A DNA stretch of 7,138 nt from the IMG/VR virus record IMGVR_UViG_2737471841_000002, positions 1 through 7,138 of that record. One strand, 5' to 3'. Numbering within the stretch: position 1 is the stretch's first letter; every line of letters begins with the position of its first letter. This stretch comes from a virus. Taxonomy: Duplodnaviria; Heunggongvirae; Uroviricota; Caudoviricetes. Of the stretch, positions 6,470 to 7,138 are shown in pieces. The notes beneath the pieces are model-generated. The model searched no databases. It saw nothing but the letters and a program-made list of their open reading frames with translations, and was not told the origin of the DNA. Position numbers and translations under genes: made by a program.

Positions 6470-6943
6470 ATGGCAAGCAGAGGCGTAAATAAGGTGATCA
6501 TTATTGGTCGCCTTGGGCATGATCCAGAAATCAGATATTCACCATCAGGAACGGCATTTGCAAACCTTACCGTTGCTACGTCAGAACAATGGCGTGATAA
6601 GAAAACTGGAGAGCAAAAGGAGCAGACGGAGTGGCACCGCGTGGTAATGAGCGGGAAACTGGCAGAAATTGCCAGCGAATATCTGCGAAAAGGCTCTGAT
6701 GTTTATCTTGAAGGCAAATTGCGGACAAGAAAATGGCAGGATCAAAGTGGACAGGATCGGTTCACTACCGAAGTCATCGTGGGCGTTGGTGGAACCATGC
6801 AAATGCTTGGTGGCAAGCAAGGAGGCAATGAACAGTCTTCACCTCAGCGAAATAACGGTCATCAACAAAGACAGCAACCTCAGCAGCATGGAAATCACAG
6901 CGAACCACCTATGAACTTCGACGATTCGGATATTCCGTTCTAG
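6470..6943 (+). CDS. ssb: Single-stranded DNA-binding protein (157 aa)
   Basis: Track ORF resembles E. coli SSB along its OB-fold region ([16 protein letters not shown]...TEWHRVV...[11 protein letters not shown]) as recalled, with a Gly/Gln-rich linker and acidic tail ending DDSDIPF. Start ATG abuts the upstream stop (TAAATG). Confidence 0.95.
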   Translation: MASRGVNKVIIIGRLGHDPEIRYSPSGTAFANLTVATSEQWRDKKTGEQKEQTEWHRVVMSGKLAEIASEYLRKGSDVYLEGKLRTRKWQDQSGQDRFTTEVIVGVGGTMQMLGGKQGGNEQSSPQRNNGHQQRQQPQQHGNHSEPPMNFDDSDIPF

Positions 6944-6952
6944 GAGCTGAAT

Positions 6953-7138
6953 ATGAAAATCTGCTCAAGATGCCATCAACAGAAGGAAGAAAGGGACTTT
7001 CAAATCAGAAGAGCATCCAGAGATGGATTAACTGCCGCTTGCCGGGCTTGCCTGGCTGAATATGACAAAGAGCGCGCGGGATTGCCACATCGAGTATCAG
7101 CAAGGAGAGAATATCAATCATCGGAACGCGGCAGAGAA
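6953..7138 (+). CDS. Hypothetical Cys-rich protein, N-terminal 62 codons only; runs off the window end
   Basis: ATG at 6953 preceded by AGGAG with a 6-nt spacer; hand translation MKICSRCHQQKEERDFQIRRASRDGLTAACRACLAEYDKERAGL... has two CxxC-like pairs (C4, C7, C30, C33). Confidence 0.45.
   Translation, partial: MKICSRCHQQKEERDFQIRRASRDGLTAACRACLAEYDKERAGLPHRVSARREYQSSERGRE

Noticed and set aside
6581-6914. Track ORFs 6581..6820 (-) and 6669..6914 (+)
   Set aside because: Both are inside ssb in other frames; ssb is strongly supported by homology.

Overview
This window is the immunity and early-regulatory core of a mosaic lambdoid prophage, read with lambda's leftward direction on the + strand. 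All identifications are by eye against reference sequences recalled from memory; no database search was run. Layout: O-like replication gene start (-), small ORF (-), oop-like antisense RNA (+), cII (-), P22-type nutR, cro (-), OR1-3 with PR/PRM, cI (+), an unrecognised 290-aa gene where lambda carries rexA/rexB, terminator, OL1-3/PL, P22-type nutL, a P22 gene-24-type N antiterminator, then a delayed-early operon (two small ORFs, a protein with a ~180-aa E/A/K/R-rich helical region, cIII, kil, 62-aa ORF, Rad52-like annealing protein, SSB, a Cys-rich ORF running off the end). The strongest candidate for something undescribed is the rex-locus gene, which should be co-transcribed with cI in a lysogen and so is positioned like a prophage-encoded exclusion or defence gene. 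Other leads are the lambda/P22 mosaic junctions, a matched substitution in OR1 and OL1, and a second arginine-rich protein coupled to N. No rRNA, tRNA, CRISPR array or transposase was seen.
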